Below are positions 1-13,496 of a stretch of 33,000 nucleotides of DNA, piece after piece. Position numbers and translations under genes: made by a program. Below the pieces are notes generated by a model. It worked only from the letters and a program-made list of their open reading frames with translations. It ran no database searches and had not been told where the DNA came from. Origin of the DNA: Octopus sinensis (lineage: Eukaryota). Numbering within the stretch: the first letter of the stretch is position 1; each line of letters opens with the position of its first letter. Location: assembly GCF_006345805.1 (NCBI RefSeq), contig NC_042998.1, forward strand, positions 29,915,001 to 29,948,000, given 5' to 3'.

Positions 1-840
1 GTCTTAATCCCTTGAGTCTTTCCCAATAGCTTATATGCTGCATACAGTCTATCTTCTTCGTGTAGTTTCGTTGGATTGCCTCAAGTTCTGAGATTAATTT
101 GACACTGGTTGGTGACCATAGCTGAGAGCAATAGTCAAAGTGGCTTAGGACAAGTATCCTCCAGAGGACCATCATCGATTCCTGATCTCTTGTTCTAAAA
201 GTTCTAAGAATCCATCCGGTCAGCCGCCTACATTTCATTGCCAATTTAGCAACATGCACATTACACATGTAAAAGCCCAAGTCTCGTACTGACTGTGCCT
301 CTGGGAATGCAATCCCTCCAGGTCCAGTGTATTTAATGGGTACTGAACTTAGTTTTGCATGCTGATAGCACAAAATGCATGCTATTTTTTCAGCCCACTT
401 GTATAGTTCATCCAGCTCACATTGCAGGTGCATAGTGCCTTCAGGTTGCTGTGAGACTTTTGTATCATCTGCATAACTTGTGATCGTGCTCTCTGTGTGG
501 CTGAGGGCATGTCTGAGAGGGCAATTATGAACAGTAGTGGTCCCAAAACAATGCCTTGCGGAACACCGCTCGCTATTTGCGTGTCGATGGAGGTGGCCCC
601 ATTGGCTACTACCACCTGACTTCTTTCCATCAAAATGTCATTAAGCCATTCTCCCAATTTTCCAACTATGCCGAGATCACGCAGTTAGTAACATATCATT
701 CTATGATTGACTTTATCACAGGCCTTTGCAAAGTCAGGATATATCACTTCCACATTTTAGTGGTTGAGCAACTGTTTCAGAACCTACTCATAGTTTTGTA
801 AGAGCTGAGTCCGGCAGCTTTTGGTCGAAAACCATGTTGA
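1..840 (-). mobile_element. CR1-clade LINE ORF2 fragment (reverse transcriptase region), degraded, runs off window start
   Basis: Minus-strand frames give the QHGFRP motif near 835, GEWLNDILMERSQVVVANG...SGVPQGIVLGPLLFIIALSDMP (ORF 382..657) and the C-terminal LSHFDYCSQLWSP region. Collinear with the LINE copy at 25825-26230 (7 mismatches in the first 60 nt). Frameshifted. Confidence 0.92.
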
Positions 841-1109
841 CAAATATATAGGATATACATGTATATATATCAATCAATATATATATATGTATATGAACAA
901 GTAATCATACTCATATATATATAAATGTATGTGTATTTTTTCAATGTGTACAAATAACACGGAAAAATACATAGTTACAAGGGTACCAAAAAATTCACAT
1001 CAGTACCAAGTATGTTACAGACTACTTAATTACTAATTTTTTATAACAGATAAAGAAATAGACAAGGTTTTATTCGAAGAAAGAGGATTTGAATGACACC
1101 TCCGTTACT

Positions 1110-2500
1110 CCATTAGTTATATATATGATATATATTATATATATTATATAGATATTAATTTATATATTTATATATTATATATATATATATATATATAATA
1201 TATATATATATATCATATATATAATAGATATATATATATATATATCATATATATATTATATATATATATAATATATTCATATATATTATTATATTCTATC
1301 ATATATATATATATCTTATATATTGTCTTATATATATTCATATACATCTTATATAAGATATACAGTATATCATATACTATATATACTCTCTATATTGATT
1401 ATTTTATATGTATATAGATATTATATTGATAGTTAAATCATTATATTTATATGTATATATATATATTATATTTATGATATATATATATTGTATTTATATG
1501 TATATATATATATTATATTTATATGTCTAGATATATATATATTATATTTATATGTATAATATATATATTATATGTGTATATTATATATATATTATATATA
1601 ATATATATTATATATATGTGTATATATATATATATTATATTTATATGTGTATATATATATATATTATATTATATGTGTATATATATTATATATTTTATAT
1701 TATATGTATAAGATTATTATATTTATAGTATATCTATATTATTTATTTATATGTATATATATATATATTATATTATATTATATATATATTTATTTATTTA
1801 TAGTATATATTATATATATATTTATATGATATATATTATATGTATGTAGATATTATATATATATTATATATATTATATATTTATATATATATATATATAT
1901 ATTATGTATATATATATATATAATATTTTATGTATATATATATATATATTATTAATTTTATGTATATATATATATATATATATTATATTTAGATGTATAT
2001 ATATATAATATATATATATATTAATTTATATGTATCTATATATCATATATTATATATATATTAGATTATATATATATTATTATATATTATATATTTATAT
2101 GTATATATATATATTATATTTATATGTATATATATAATATTATATTTATATGTATATATATATAATATTATATTTATATTTATATATATATATATATATA
2201 TCAAATATATCATATATATCATACATTATATATACATATATATATATCATATATTATATTATATATATATATATATATCAAATATATCATATAATAATAT
2301 ATTCATATATTATGTTATATAATATATATCAAATATATCATATATAATAATTCATATATTATATTATTATATACATATATATATCATATATATTATATAT
2401 TTATTATATTATATATATATATCATATCTATTATATTATAGATATATATATATATACTATTATCATTATTATTATCGTTATTATCATTATTACTATTGTA
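1110..2500. repeat. Degenerate (TA)n low-complexity array
   Basis: About 1.4 kb of nearly pure A/T alternating sequence. ORFs here translate only to Y/I/M/C. Confidence 0.95.
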
Positions 2501-2734
2501 TTATATATTGATAGACATGGCAAGACAACAAAAGAATGAAAGCGACCTCGATATTATGTAAATATATGTAATAATTATTCGGTAGCCATGATAAAACTTT
2601 TCATAGCATCTTTTTCGATGGACCGATAACGGAAGAGATACCGGCATGAATTTCCGCCCGACATCCGAAACTCTGAGTTTTATCACGAGTACTGAATAAT
2701 TGTCAAATATTATTTTTACAGATATAATAATCTT

Positions 2735-2965
2735 GAGATTTACGTGTAGGTGGCTGGGCACTCCATGAACATACCAATCCATAACGTAGTTTACAGGGAA
2801 TTCAGCACTCTGCATGACATACACTAATCATTTTTGCCAACAGAATGGACTGAAGCGACGAGAAATAAAATGTCTTGCTGAAGGACACAACGCTTTGTTA
2901 GGAATCGACCACAATGTGACAATCATTAGCCGTGTAACCAAACAACTAAACAACACGCCTTGACT
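2735..2965 (-). mobile_element. Diverged tRNA-derived CORE-type SINE (family A)
   Basis: Aligns to the intact copy at 15314-15632: 'tcatttttgccaacagaatggactgaagcgacgagaaataaaatgtcttgctgaaggacacaacgc' and 'acgtagtttacagggaattcagcac'. Confidence 0.75.
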
Positions 2966-2974
2966 ATGCATAAC

Positions 2975-3152
2975 ATACATGCATATATATATATATGTAT
3001 ATGTGTGTTTGTGTGTGTGTGTACATATATGTGTGTGTGTGTGTGTATATATATATATTGTGTGTGTGTGTGTGTACATATATATATATATGTGTGTGTG
3101 TGTGTATACATATATATATGTGTATACATATATATGTGTGTATATACATATA

Positions 3153-3210
<58 letters not shown>

Positions 3211-3220
3211 TATATATAAT
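2975..3220. repeat. (TG)n/(TA)n compound microsatellite
   Basis: Direct reading. Confidence 0.95.
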
Positions 3221-3576
3221 AGTAAGGAATATAATATTGTTAATATTTAATATTGTTAAATTTTTATTCGATTATTTATTGTTAAAATACATTTATTTGT
3301 TAGATACATACATTTATTTTATTATTTTAAACCCGAATTAAATCTAATTAATTTTAATAGTATGAATTTTATTATTATGGATTTAAAAATATAGTCACGA
3401 AACGCGCGTAATCAATTTAATGTTTATTTAATTTATTGATTCTTTGAATAATATTTGTTATAGTATATTTTATTTTTTTCGATGTATTATAGACAATGTC
3501 TTTCACTATTGAATTGCTTAATAGAGGTTATTTCTCTTAATTATATGCTACATACATACATACATATATATTTATA

Positions 3577-3636
<60 letters not shown>

Positions 3637-4296
3637 TAGATTACAGAAAGGATAGACAAATCATACTCTAAACGAAATAATAGAAGACAGTCAGAGATTA
3701 ATGGGAATCGTTAAATTGGTTGAGGGAATGTTTGCTTCTTTCTCACTTGATTTACGCAAACATTTTCAAAATTATTGAAAAAGTTTGAAACAGAATTAAA
3801 ATTCACTCCATAGCTCTAAGAAATGTGCGGTTAATATTAATTTGTTGTGAAACGTGGTTCAATGAAATGTGTGTATTTGCAGCGGCATTTAAACGCGCAT
3901 GTCTGAGTAATTGTATCTTGTAGTTTCCCTATGATTAGAATATTAAAACAAGTTGGTCTTCAGTCAGTTGTGTATCAAATGTTTAAAAGATGTATTGATG
4001 CTTATATACTTGATATATTTTTTATCATTTAATCATCCTGGAAAAGAGATTGTTACTACTAAGACAACCAGCTACGGCTTCCGAATTTGAATACCGACAT
4101 TAGCATTATATTTTTTAAATTTAATATTATCCTATATGTAGGATTATCTTTTGTACTTTTTCTCCTATATTTATAAGGCCATTTGTAGAAATTAAATGAT
4201 TAGTTCCTTCCCCTGAAAACACTTTAAATTATTATAACTCTTATTTGCCATAGTCATTGTACTAATGATTACGTCTAAGATATATGTACTTATCAG

Positions 4297-4380
4297 GTGG
4301 CTGGAGAAATTGTAGAGCCCACAGAAATTAACTGTGAACGATCTCTTTCACACTCTATTCATATCATATCTTCATACAAG
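4297..4380 (+). CDS. Candidate 84-nt phase 0-0 exon of an unknown protein (VAGEIVEPTEINCERSLSHSIHIISSYK)
   Basis: Acceptor 'tacttatcag|GTG', donor 'TACAAG|gtatac', open frame of 28 codons. No recognised homology; could be chance in AT-rich DNA. Confidence 0.25.
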
Positions 4381-4382
4381 GT

Positions 4383-4940
4383 ATACCGTTGAAAGACCTC
4401 TGTCCAAAACAGACAATCTTATCAATCCAGTTATGCTTGCATATATTTATGCCTATGGCAATATATGACTTATATTCCCTGATGAGCTTTTGTGGAAAAC
4501 TACACTTCCTAGAAAAATATCTAAATAAAGAAGCAAGCCATATATATATATATATATATTGAATATGAAAGAAACGTATTATACATATATGTATACACAT
4601 AAACACACATACATACGTACACACACGCACAAACATATATATTTATGTACAATAAACCTCACGGACATTTGTGTTAATAAAATATATACGCATGCAGTGC
4701 AAGTTTATACACTCCAGCAATGATTGATACTTTGATATTTGGAAATTCTATGTAACTTTCTGAGGAATTTCTATAAATACTCTCAAATTCAGAATCAAGA
4801 TATTTTAGCCCAAGATTCAATATGTGACGTATACGTTCACTTGTCAATATCATAAAATAGTTTCCCTGACACATTCTTACAAATACGCTATCAGTCTGAA
4901 AGACTTACAGAGATCAATAAATACTCGTCTGCAAATTATT
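4383..4940 (+). pseudogene. Possible distant, disrupted paralogous coding segments related to the 31483-32877 exons
   Basis: 4383-4520 reads IPLKD...LCLHI...HFLEKY vs IPLKN..LCLHV...HSFETY in exon 32729-32877, with the same 24-codon LCLH-to-H spacing. 4820-4906 reads ICDVYVHL...DTFLQIRYQSERL vs LCDFHVWL...DIILLIHEPSYRL in exon 31483-31919. Many differences are synonymous. In-frame TAA at 4853. Confidence 0.3.
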
Positions 4941-5339
4941 TCCGTTTCTTTTTCCTTTTTACTTTCTTTGATTTTCCTTCATTATTTATATGACGTGAGA
5001 CAGCTTTTAACCTAATGTACATAAATAGAATTCCCAGAAGCCCACTGAACTAATTGTAATAAATGGATAGCAGTAAAGAAAACAGAAAAAAAAGCATCGT
5101 ATGTATATTACGGAAAGATTTGTCGTCCTTTACTTGGGAAAAGAAATAATAGAGCAATTGTGCAAGAATAATTAAATATCAGCATTTTTTGGTATATTTA
5201 TAACTAGTTTCTTACGTAAGAAAACTAATAGATTTGTGCAGAAATATTTAGACAGGAAACCCAAAAATCAAGCTATAGACACATTTCTGCCTCTCTCATT
5301 CTTTCTCCCCATACACACACACACGTACACACACACAGA

Positions 5340-5509
5340 AACACAGACATATATATATACATATATATACATATATATATATACATACAAGCACAGATAC
5401 GCATGTACGTATATATCTGTATGTATGTGTGTATATATGTATATAAATATATGTAGTAGCTAGCTAGATAGATATACATACACACATATGTACACGAATA
5501 ATATATATA

Positions 5510-5545
<36 letters not shown>

Positions 5546-6784
5546 TGTATGTATGTATGTATGTATGTATGTATATATGTATGTATGTATATGTATATAT
5601 GTATGTATGTATATGTATATATGTATGTATGTATATGTATATATGTATGTATGTATATATATATGTATGTATGTATGTATATATATATATGTATGTATGT
5701 ATATATATATGTATGTATGTATGTATATATGTATGTATGTATATATGTATGTATGTATGTATATATGTATGTATGTATGTATATATGTATGTATGTATAT
5801 ATGTATGTATGTATATATGTATGTATATATATATATATATGTATGTATGTATATATATATATGTATGTATGTATGTATATATATATATGTATGTATGTAT
5901 GTATATATATATATATGTATGTATATATATATGTATGTATGTATAATATATATATATGTATGTATATATATATGTATGTATATAATATATATATATGTAT
6001 GATATACATATAATATATATGTATGTATATATGTATATGTATATATGTATATGTATATATATATGTATATGTATATATATATATGTATATGTATATATAT
6101 ATATGTATATGTATATATATATGTATATAATATGTATATATATATGTTATGTATATATATAGTAGATATATATATGATATATATATATGTATATATGTTA
6201 TATATGTATATGTGTATGTATATGTATATGTATATATAGATGTATATATAATAGTATATGTATATATATATGTATATGTATATATATATGTAATATGTAT
6301 ATATATATAATGTATATGTATATATATATATATATAATGTATATGTATATATGTATATGTATATGTATATATATAGTATATGTATATATATTATATATAT
6401 GTATATGTATGTATATATATATATGTATATATATATATTATATGTATATGTATGTATATATATATATGTATGTATATTTATATGTATATGTATGTATATA
6501 TATATAGGTATGTATATAATATGTATAGTATGTATATATATATATGTATGTATATATATATGTATATGTATGTATATTTATATGTATGTATTATATATGT
6601 ATATGTATATGTATAATATTGTATAGTATATGTATATATATATGTATATGTATATGTATGTATATGTATATATGTATATGTATATATATGTAATATGTAT
6701 ATATTATATATGTATATGTATAATATATATATGTATGTATATGTATATATATAATATGTATGTATATGTATATATATGTATATG

Positions 6785-6815
<31 letters not shown>

Positions 6816-6838
6816 GTATATGTATATATATGTATATG

Positions 6839-6869
<31 letters not shown>

Positions 6870-8058
6870 GTATATGTATATATATGTATATGTATATATA
6901 TGTATATGTATGTATATATATATGTATGTATATATATATGTATATGTATGTATATGTATATGTATGTATATGTATATGTGTATATGTATATGTATATGTA
7001 TGTATATATATATATGTATATGTATGTATATATATATGTATATGTATGTATATATATATGTATATGTATGTATATGTATATGTATGTATATATATATGTA
7101 TATGTATGTATATATATATGTATGTATATATATATGTATATGTATGTATATATATATGTATGTATATATATATATATGTATGTATATATATATATATATA
7201 TGTATGTATATGTATATATGTATATGTATGTATATATATATATATGTATGTATATATATATATGTATGTATATATATATATATATATGTATGTATATGTA
7301 TATATGTATGTATGTATATATATATATGTATGTATATGTATATATTATATGTATGTATATATATATGTATGTATATGTATATATATATATATGTATATAT
7401 ATATATTAATATGTATATGTATATATATATGTATATGTATATATATATGTATATGATATAATGTATATATTATGATATGTATATATATATGTATTATATA
7501 TATGTATATATATATATGTATATATATATATGTAAATGTTATATGTATATAATATGTATATGTATTGTATATATATATGTATATGTATATATATATGTAT
7601 ATATATATATGTATATATATATATGTATATGTATATATATGTATATGTATATATATGTATATGTATATTATATATAGAGTATAATATATATATGTATATA
7701 TATATATGTATATATATATGTATATATATATATATGTATATATATATGTATATATATAGATATATTATGTATATATATATATATATGTATATATATATGT
7801 ATATATATATTATGTATATATATATGTATTATATATGTATATATATATGTTATATATATATATGTATATATATATGTATATATATATATATGTATATATA
7901 TATGTATATATATATCTATGTATATATATATGTATATATATATATATGTATATATAATGTATATATATAATATATGTATATATATATGATATATATATGT
8001 ATATATATGGTATGTATATATATATGTATATATATATATATGTATGTGTATATATATG

Positions 8059-8089
<31 letters not shown>

Positions 8090-8157
8090 GTATATGTATA
8101 TATAATATATGTATATGTATATATATGTATATGTATGTATATTATATATATGTATTA
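5340..8157. repeat. Giant (TATG/TA/TATATG)n microsatellite, left part
   Basis: About 2.8 kb of alternating purine-pyrimidine sequence; + strand almost C-free from ~5500. Confidence 0.97.
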
Positions 8158-11110
8158 CTCTTTACTTGTTTCAGCCATCCGGCTGAGGCCATGCTGGGGC
8201 ACCGCCCTTGTTGCTACCCTCTCTAAGTCCAGTTTGCCGTGGCTGGCCACTGATCTAAGAGAGAGTTTGTAGACTGCTGCCCTTAGGTTACCTTCGTACT
8301 TGCAGTGGGTTCATCTGGGTTCCCGGAAAGCACTTGTCTAGATGTTTTTTGAATATGTCCACATCCGCATCATGTAGATCTCTTAGTTTCTTGGCAGTTT
8401 GTTGAACAGCTGAGGGCCCCTGAACCCCAGGCTATTACAGTATCTGCTCCTTACCCTGGATGTGGAAGACGGGACCTTTGGCACCACACAGTGACGTCCT
8501 GTACGGGGATTGGAACAGCTCTCAATTCCAAAATTGGTTGCTAGTCCCTCCAGGATTTTCCATATGTATATCACTGCATATCTCTCTCGTCTTCGTTCCA
8601 AGGAGTACAAATTGAGTTCCCTAAGCCTCTCCCAATAGTTCTTTTCTTTCATGGTGGAAATCCTCTTGGTGAAATGTCTTTGGATTGTCTCAAGCTCTGT
8701 GGTTAGTTGACACTATGCGGTGACCACAGTTGGAGCAGTAGTCCAGGCGGCTTAGGACAAATGTCCTCCATAGTGTCAACATGGTCTCGCAGTCTCTTGT
8801 CCGGAATGTCCTCAGGATCCAGCCAGTGAGTCGTCTGCACATTGTCGCCACCTTCGCGATGTGTGAAGAAAAAGATGCATCGTCACTCATGTCTATCCCC
8901 AGGTCCCGTATTGATTTCGATACTGGGATTTCGATCCCTCCTGGACCAGTATAGTTGTGTTGTAAGTATATGTGTTTACAGCTTGATATTGTAAGGCTTG
9001 AAATTTACCAGCATTAAATTGCATGTTGTTGTCTTCAGCCCATTTGTATATGGCATCCAGATCTTGTCGTGTAAAAGGTCAGCATCAGCTGGGTTTTGAT
9101 TGCCTGTGCTACCTTTGTGTCATCAGCATAGCTAGTGAGGGATGTTGTTTGTGCTACCAAGGGCATGTCAGAGAGCGCCACCAAAAACAGCAAGGGTCCC
9201 AAGACTGTGCCCTGTGGCACCCCGCTGCTATTGGTGTCTTTCCCGAGAGGGCTCCATTGGCTGCAACCATCTGGCTTCTGTCCTTCAGGAAGTCATGTAT
9301 CCACTCACCTACTTTTCCTGTTATGCCGAGTCTGAGTAATTTGTGACATATCACTCCGTGGTCGACTTGTCAAAGGCCTTCGCAAAGTCGAGATATACCA
9401 CATCCACCTGTGAGCGATCCAGTAGTTGTTTCAGTACCCAGTCGTAGTGTTGTAACAGCTGCGTAAGGCAGCTTCTTCCTGGGCGAAAGCCATGCTGTGT
9501 GTCAGTGAGACGGTTAGTTTCTTCGAGGAACGTGATCAGTTTTTTTTGATGATTCGTTCCATGACCTTACTTATGTGTGACGTCAGGGAGACTGGCCTGT
9601 AGTTTTTGGCCTCTGCTCTACTCCCTCCTTTGTGGATAGGGCATATGGTGCCTTCTTTAGCGCCCTGGGCAGTTTACCGTTAGCCAAGGAACCACTGAAG
9701 AGCTTCTTCAGTGGTCCCGCTAGGGCATGCCTGCATGATTTTAGGAGGACTGCGGGGAATCCATCTGGTCCAGCAGCTGAGTTCTATTTATTCTCATTTC
9801 TATGGCAGATATTACATCCCTCTCTGTTATGTCTATGTGGTCGATGGTTGTTGTTTGGTTTTGGAGTGTTGTGGCATCAAAGAAAACTTCTGGGTTTGTG
9901 ATTTGCATGTGCCCCAGAGGGGATGTGAACACACTTTTATACTGTTCCTTTAGTATTTCACTTATCCCTTGGGGGTCCTCAGTTAGAGAGCCCTTTTATC
10001 AAAGAGTGGGCCAATCTTGCAGTGTACCGAGGTGGTTTCTTTCGCAAATTTAAAGAAGGCTTTAGGGTTTGTTTTAATATTCTCTATGGCCCTGGCTTCT
10101 CTCTCTGCCCTCTCCTTCTCATAGGAAAGTTTGAGTGCAGTTTCCGTTTCAAAAAGTTTCAGGTGGAGTCCCTCATGGTTCTCTGCCGTGCATTCAGTTG
10201 CTTCGAGAGCTTAGCTCTTCGCCTCATAAGTATTTTCCTGTCTGGGGAATAACGTTCCTATGCCCGCTGGCTTTTTTCTCCGGGACAAACTTATGGCATA
10301 TGTTCTGTATTGTTGTCATGAAATGTTGGAAATGTGTGTTGGTGTCTTGTGTGGTGATGAAGTCACTCCAGTCATGTTTCGGATCTCTTCGTTGATCTTC
10401 TTCCAGTTTGCCTTATGGAAGTTTAGACTGGATAGGACCTGTGGTATTTTCTAATGGCTGCGTCTCAACTAACTCTCTCATACCATATATCATACCTCTA
10501 CTAAGTTGTGATCTGAGAGAATTGTTGGTGTTACCATTATGTTGTGGATGAGCATCGGGTTGCTGGTGAAACAGAGGTCCAAGACATTCTCACCTCTTGT
10601 TGGCCGAAGCACTGCTTGTTCCATGAAAAACTTGCGTGTGAGAGCCAACAAGGATTCTGTCTGTCTCTGTCTGTTCAAGTGATGTCATTCCAGGGAGAGA
10701 TGGCCATCTTGCCATTTGACTTTCGGAAGGTTAAAATCTCCCAGCAGTAGAATGGTGTTACCCTGGTCCAGTTTGTCCAGGACTTCTTCTATTCTTCTGA
10801 GGCTATCTTCAAACACTCCTTCATAACTAGGGGTGTCTGGTCGCCGATATGTGACACATATTACTATTTTCGGTTGTTTCATGTGTACTATCAGTGTGTC
10901 ACAGACTGAGTTTGAGTGTATCAACAGTACTATGGGTGTGACATCTTCACGGACGTACAGGGCAACCCCACCATGAGTTCTTTCCATCCTGTCTGACCGA
11001 AAAACAGTATACTTTGGTACGTGTATTTCTGCATCTGCTATACTGCTTGACAGGTGCGTTTCAGTCAGCGCTATGCATATTGCATGGTTGCTTGTGGTTA
11101 AGTCCCTAAG
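8158..11110 (-). mobile_element. CR1-clade LINE, near-complete ORF2 (APE endonuclease + RT) with intact 3' tail, 5'-truncated, multiply frameshifted
   Basis: APE motifs [12 protein letters not shown]...[42 protein letters not shown] (ORFs 10685..11239, 10490..10678). RT motifs YRPVSLTS, QHGFRPGRSC, YLDFAKAF, PQGTVLGPLLF, YADDT. CR1-type C-terminus YWERLRELNLYSLERRRERY...RGPQLFNKLP. 3' tail at 8158-8207. Confidence 0.96.
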
Positions 11111-11129
11111 GTATATGTATAGTATATAT

Positions 11130-11179
<50 letters not shown>

Positions 11180-11584
11180 GTATATATGTAATATATATGT
11201 ATATATATATGTATATATATATAGTATGTATATATGCATATGTATATGTATTATATATGTATGTATATATATATATGTATATGTATATATATATATGTAT
11301 ATTATATATGTATATGTATATATAGTATATGTATATATATATATGTATATATATTATGTATATATATGTATATATAATATGTATATATATATGTATATAT
11401 ATGTATATATATATATGTATATATATGTTTATATATATATGTATATATATATATATGTATATGTATATATGTATATATATATTATATATGTATATGTATA
11501 TAATATGTATAGTCTATATATATATGTATATGTATATATATATGTATATGTATTATATATATGTATATGTATATATATATGTAT

Positions 11585-11616
<32 letters not shown>

Positions 11617-12624
11617 GTATATAGTATCTATATATATATGTATATGTATATATATATATATGTATATGTATATATGTATATGTGTATATATATGTATATG
11701 TTATATATATATATGATATATATATATATATGTATATATATGTATATATATATATGTATATTATATTATGTAATATATATAGGATATATATATGTATATA
11801 TATATGTATATATATATATGTATATATATATATGTATATATATATATGTATATATATATATGTATATATATATGTATTATATATATATGTATATATATGT
11901 ATATATATATATGTATATATATATATGTATATATATATATGTATATATATATATGTATATATATATAGTATATATATATATGTATATATAATGGTATATA
12001 TATATATGTATAATATATATATGTATATATATATGATATATATATATATGCATATGTATATGTATGTGATATGCATATGTATATATATGTATATATATGT
12101 TGTATATATATGTATATATATATATGAATATATATGTATGATATATATGTATATATGTATGTATATATATGTATATATATATGTATATATGCATATGTAT
12201 ATGTATGTATATGTATATATGCATATGTATATGTATGTATATATATATATGTATATATGTATATGTATATATGTATATGTATATATGTATATGTATATAT
12301 ATATATGTATATGTATATATGTATATGTATATATGTATATGTATATATATATATGTATATGTATATATGTATATGTATATATGTATATGTATATATGTAT
12401 ATGTATATATGTATATGTATATATGTATATGTGTATATGTATATGTGTATATATATATGTATATGTGTATACGTATAGATATATATGTATATGTGTATAT
12501 ATATATGTATATGTGTATATATATATGTATATGTGTATATATATATGTATATGTGTATATGTATATATATATATGTGTATATGTATATATATATATGTAT
12601 ATATATATATTATATATATATATA

Positions 12625-12669
<45 letters not shown>

Positions 12670-12772
12670 ATGTATGTATATATATATGTATGTACACACA
12701 CATAAACATTTAAATTGTGAGTATCTATGTTCTTCACACACACAAATATATAAATATTATGTGTTGTGTATG

Positions 12773-12816
<44 letters not shown>

Positions 12817-12850
12817 TATATATGGTATATATATATGTATATATGCAATC
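11111..12850. repeat. Giant (TA/TATG/TATATG)n microsatellite, right part
   Basis: About 1.75 kb with the same motif set and strand orientation as 5340-8157. Confidence 0.97.
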
Positions 12851-13496
12851 ACACTATGTAATGTAGAATGTGCGTTTTAATCAAGAACGAATCGTATATA
12901 TTTCCTTTGAAAAAAGACTGAAGATGGTTGCAGTAGATATTCTTAGCTCTCAAAAGGCTCGTATGGTTAGCTTTTATTTTCTTTTAGTCTTCTTGAACTT
13001 TCTTAAGAGATATAATACGAGTCTTCTTGTTCATAGGGGGATTGCTGATAGCTTATATTCAGTTTTGCACAACAGACCTCGCACCTAAAAGATAGAATAA
13101 TTCCTATGAATACTCCTTGGATTTTTTGCAAAAATTGTTGTCAAAATTCATACATCGTACATACATCCTGTATTTAATTTCATGTATTTATTTTTTTTTT
13201 GTTTTTTACTTGTTTCACTGCCTTGAAGAATGTTCATCGAAACTACCGACGCCTGTACTTATATTTTATGCCTGGTACACCTGCGTTCAGTCCCATTGGT
13301 CCACTTTGCTAGTTCTTTGATGCACATACACTGTAAAGCCAGAGAGAAAAATGTGGCGATCAGGCTCCAACTTCGACTACGTAATCACAATAGTACCAAC
13401 TATAATCACGCGTGTGCAGCAGGCAGTCAGCGTGACAATAATAAAGATATGTTACGGCGAAAGTACGGATAATTTTTGACTTCCCCTCATATATAT

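Noticed and set aside
2600-2700. Short peptide matches to the candidate protein (SETLSFIT here; YNTS at ~13011; FVSQR at ~23789)
   Set aside because: Matches this short are expected by chance across several kb of AT-rich frames; no extended collinearity.
9023-10750. Plus-strand ORFs inside LINEs (also 556-801, 25394-25735)
   Set aside because: Antisense shadows of the CR1 ORF2 with no independent motifs.
1523-12848. Dozens of long ORFs rich in Y/I/M/C/V or H/T (also 16838-17678, 18535-18864, 22699-22976)
   Set aside because: Translations of TA/TG/TATG microsatellites, which lack stop codons by composition.
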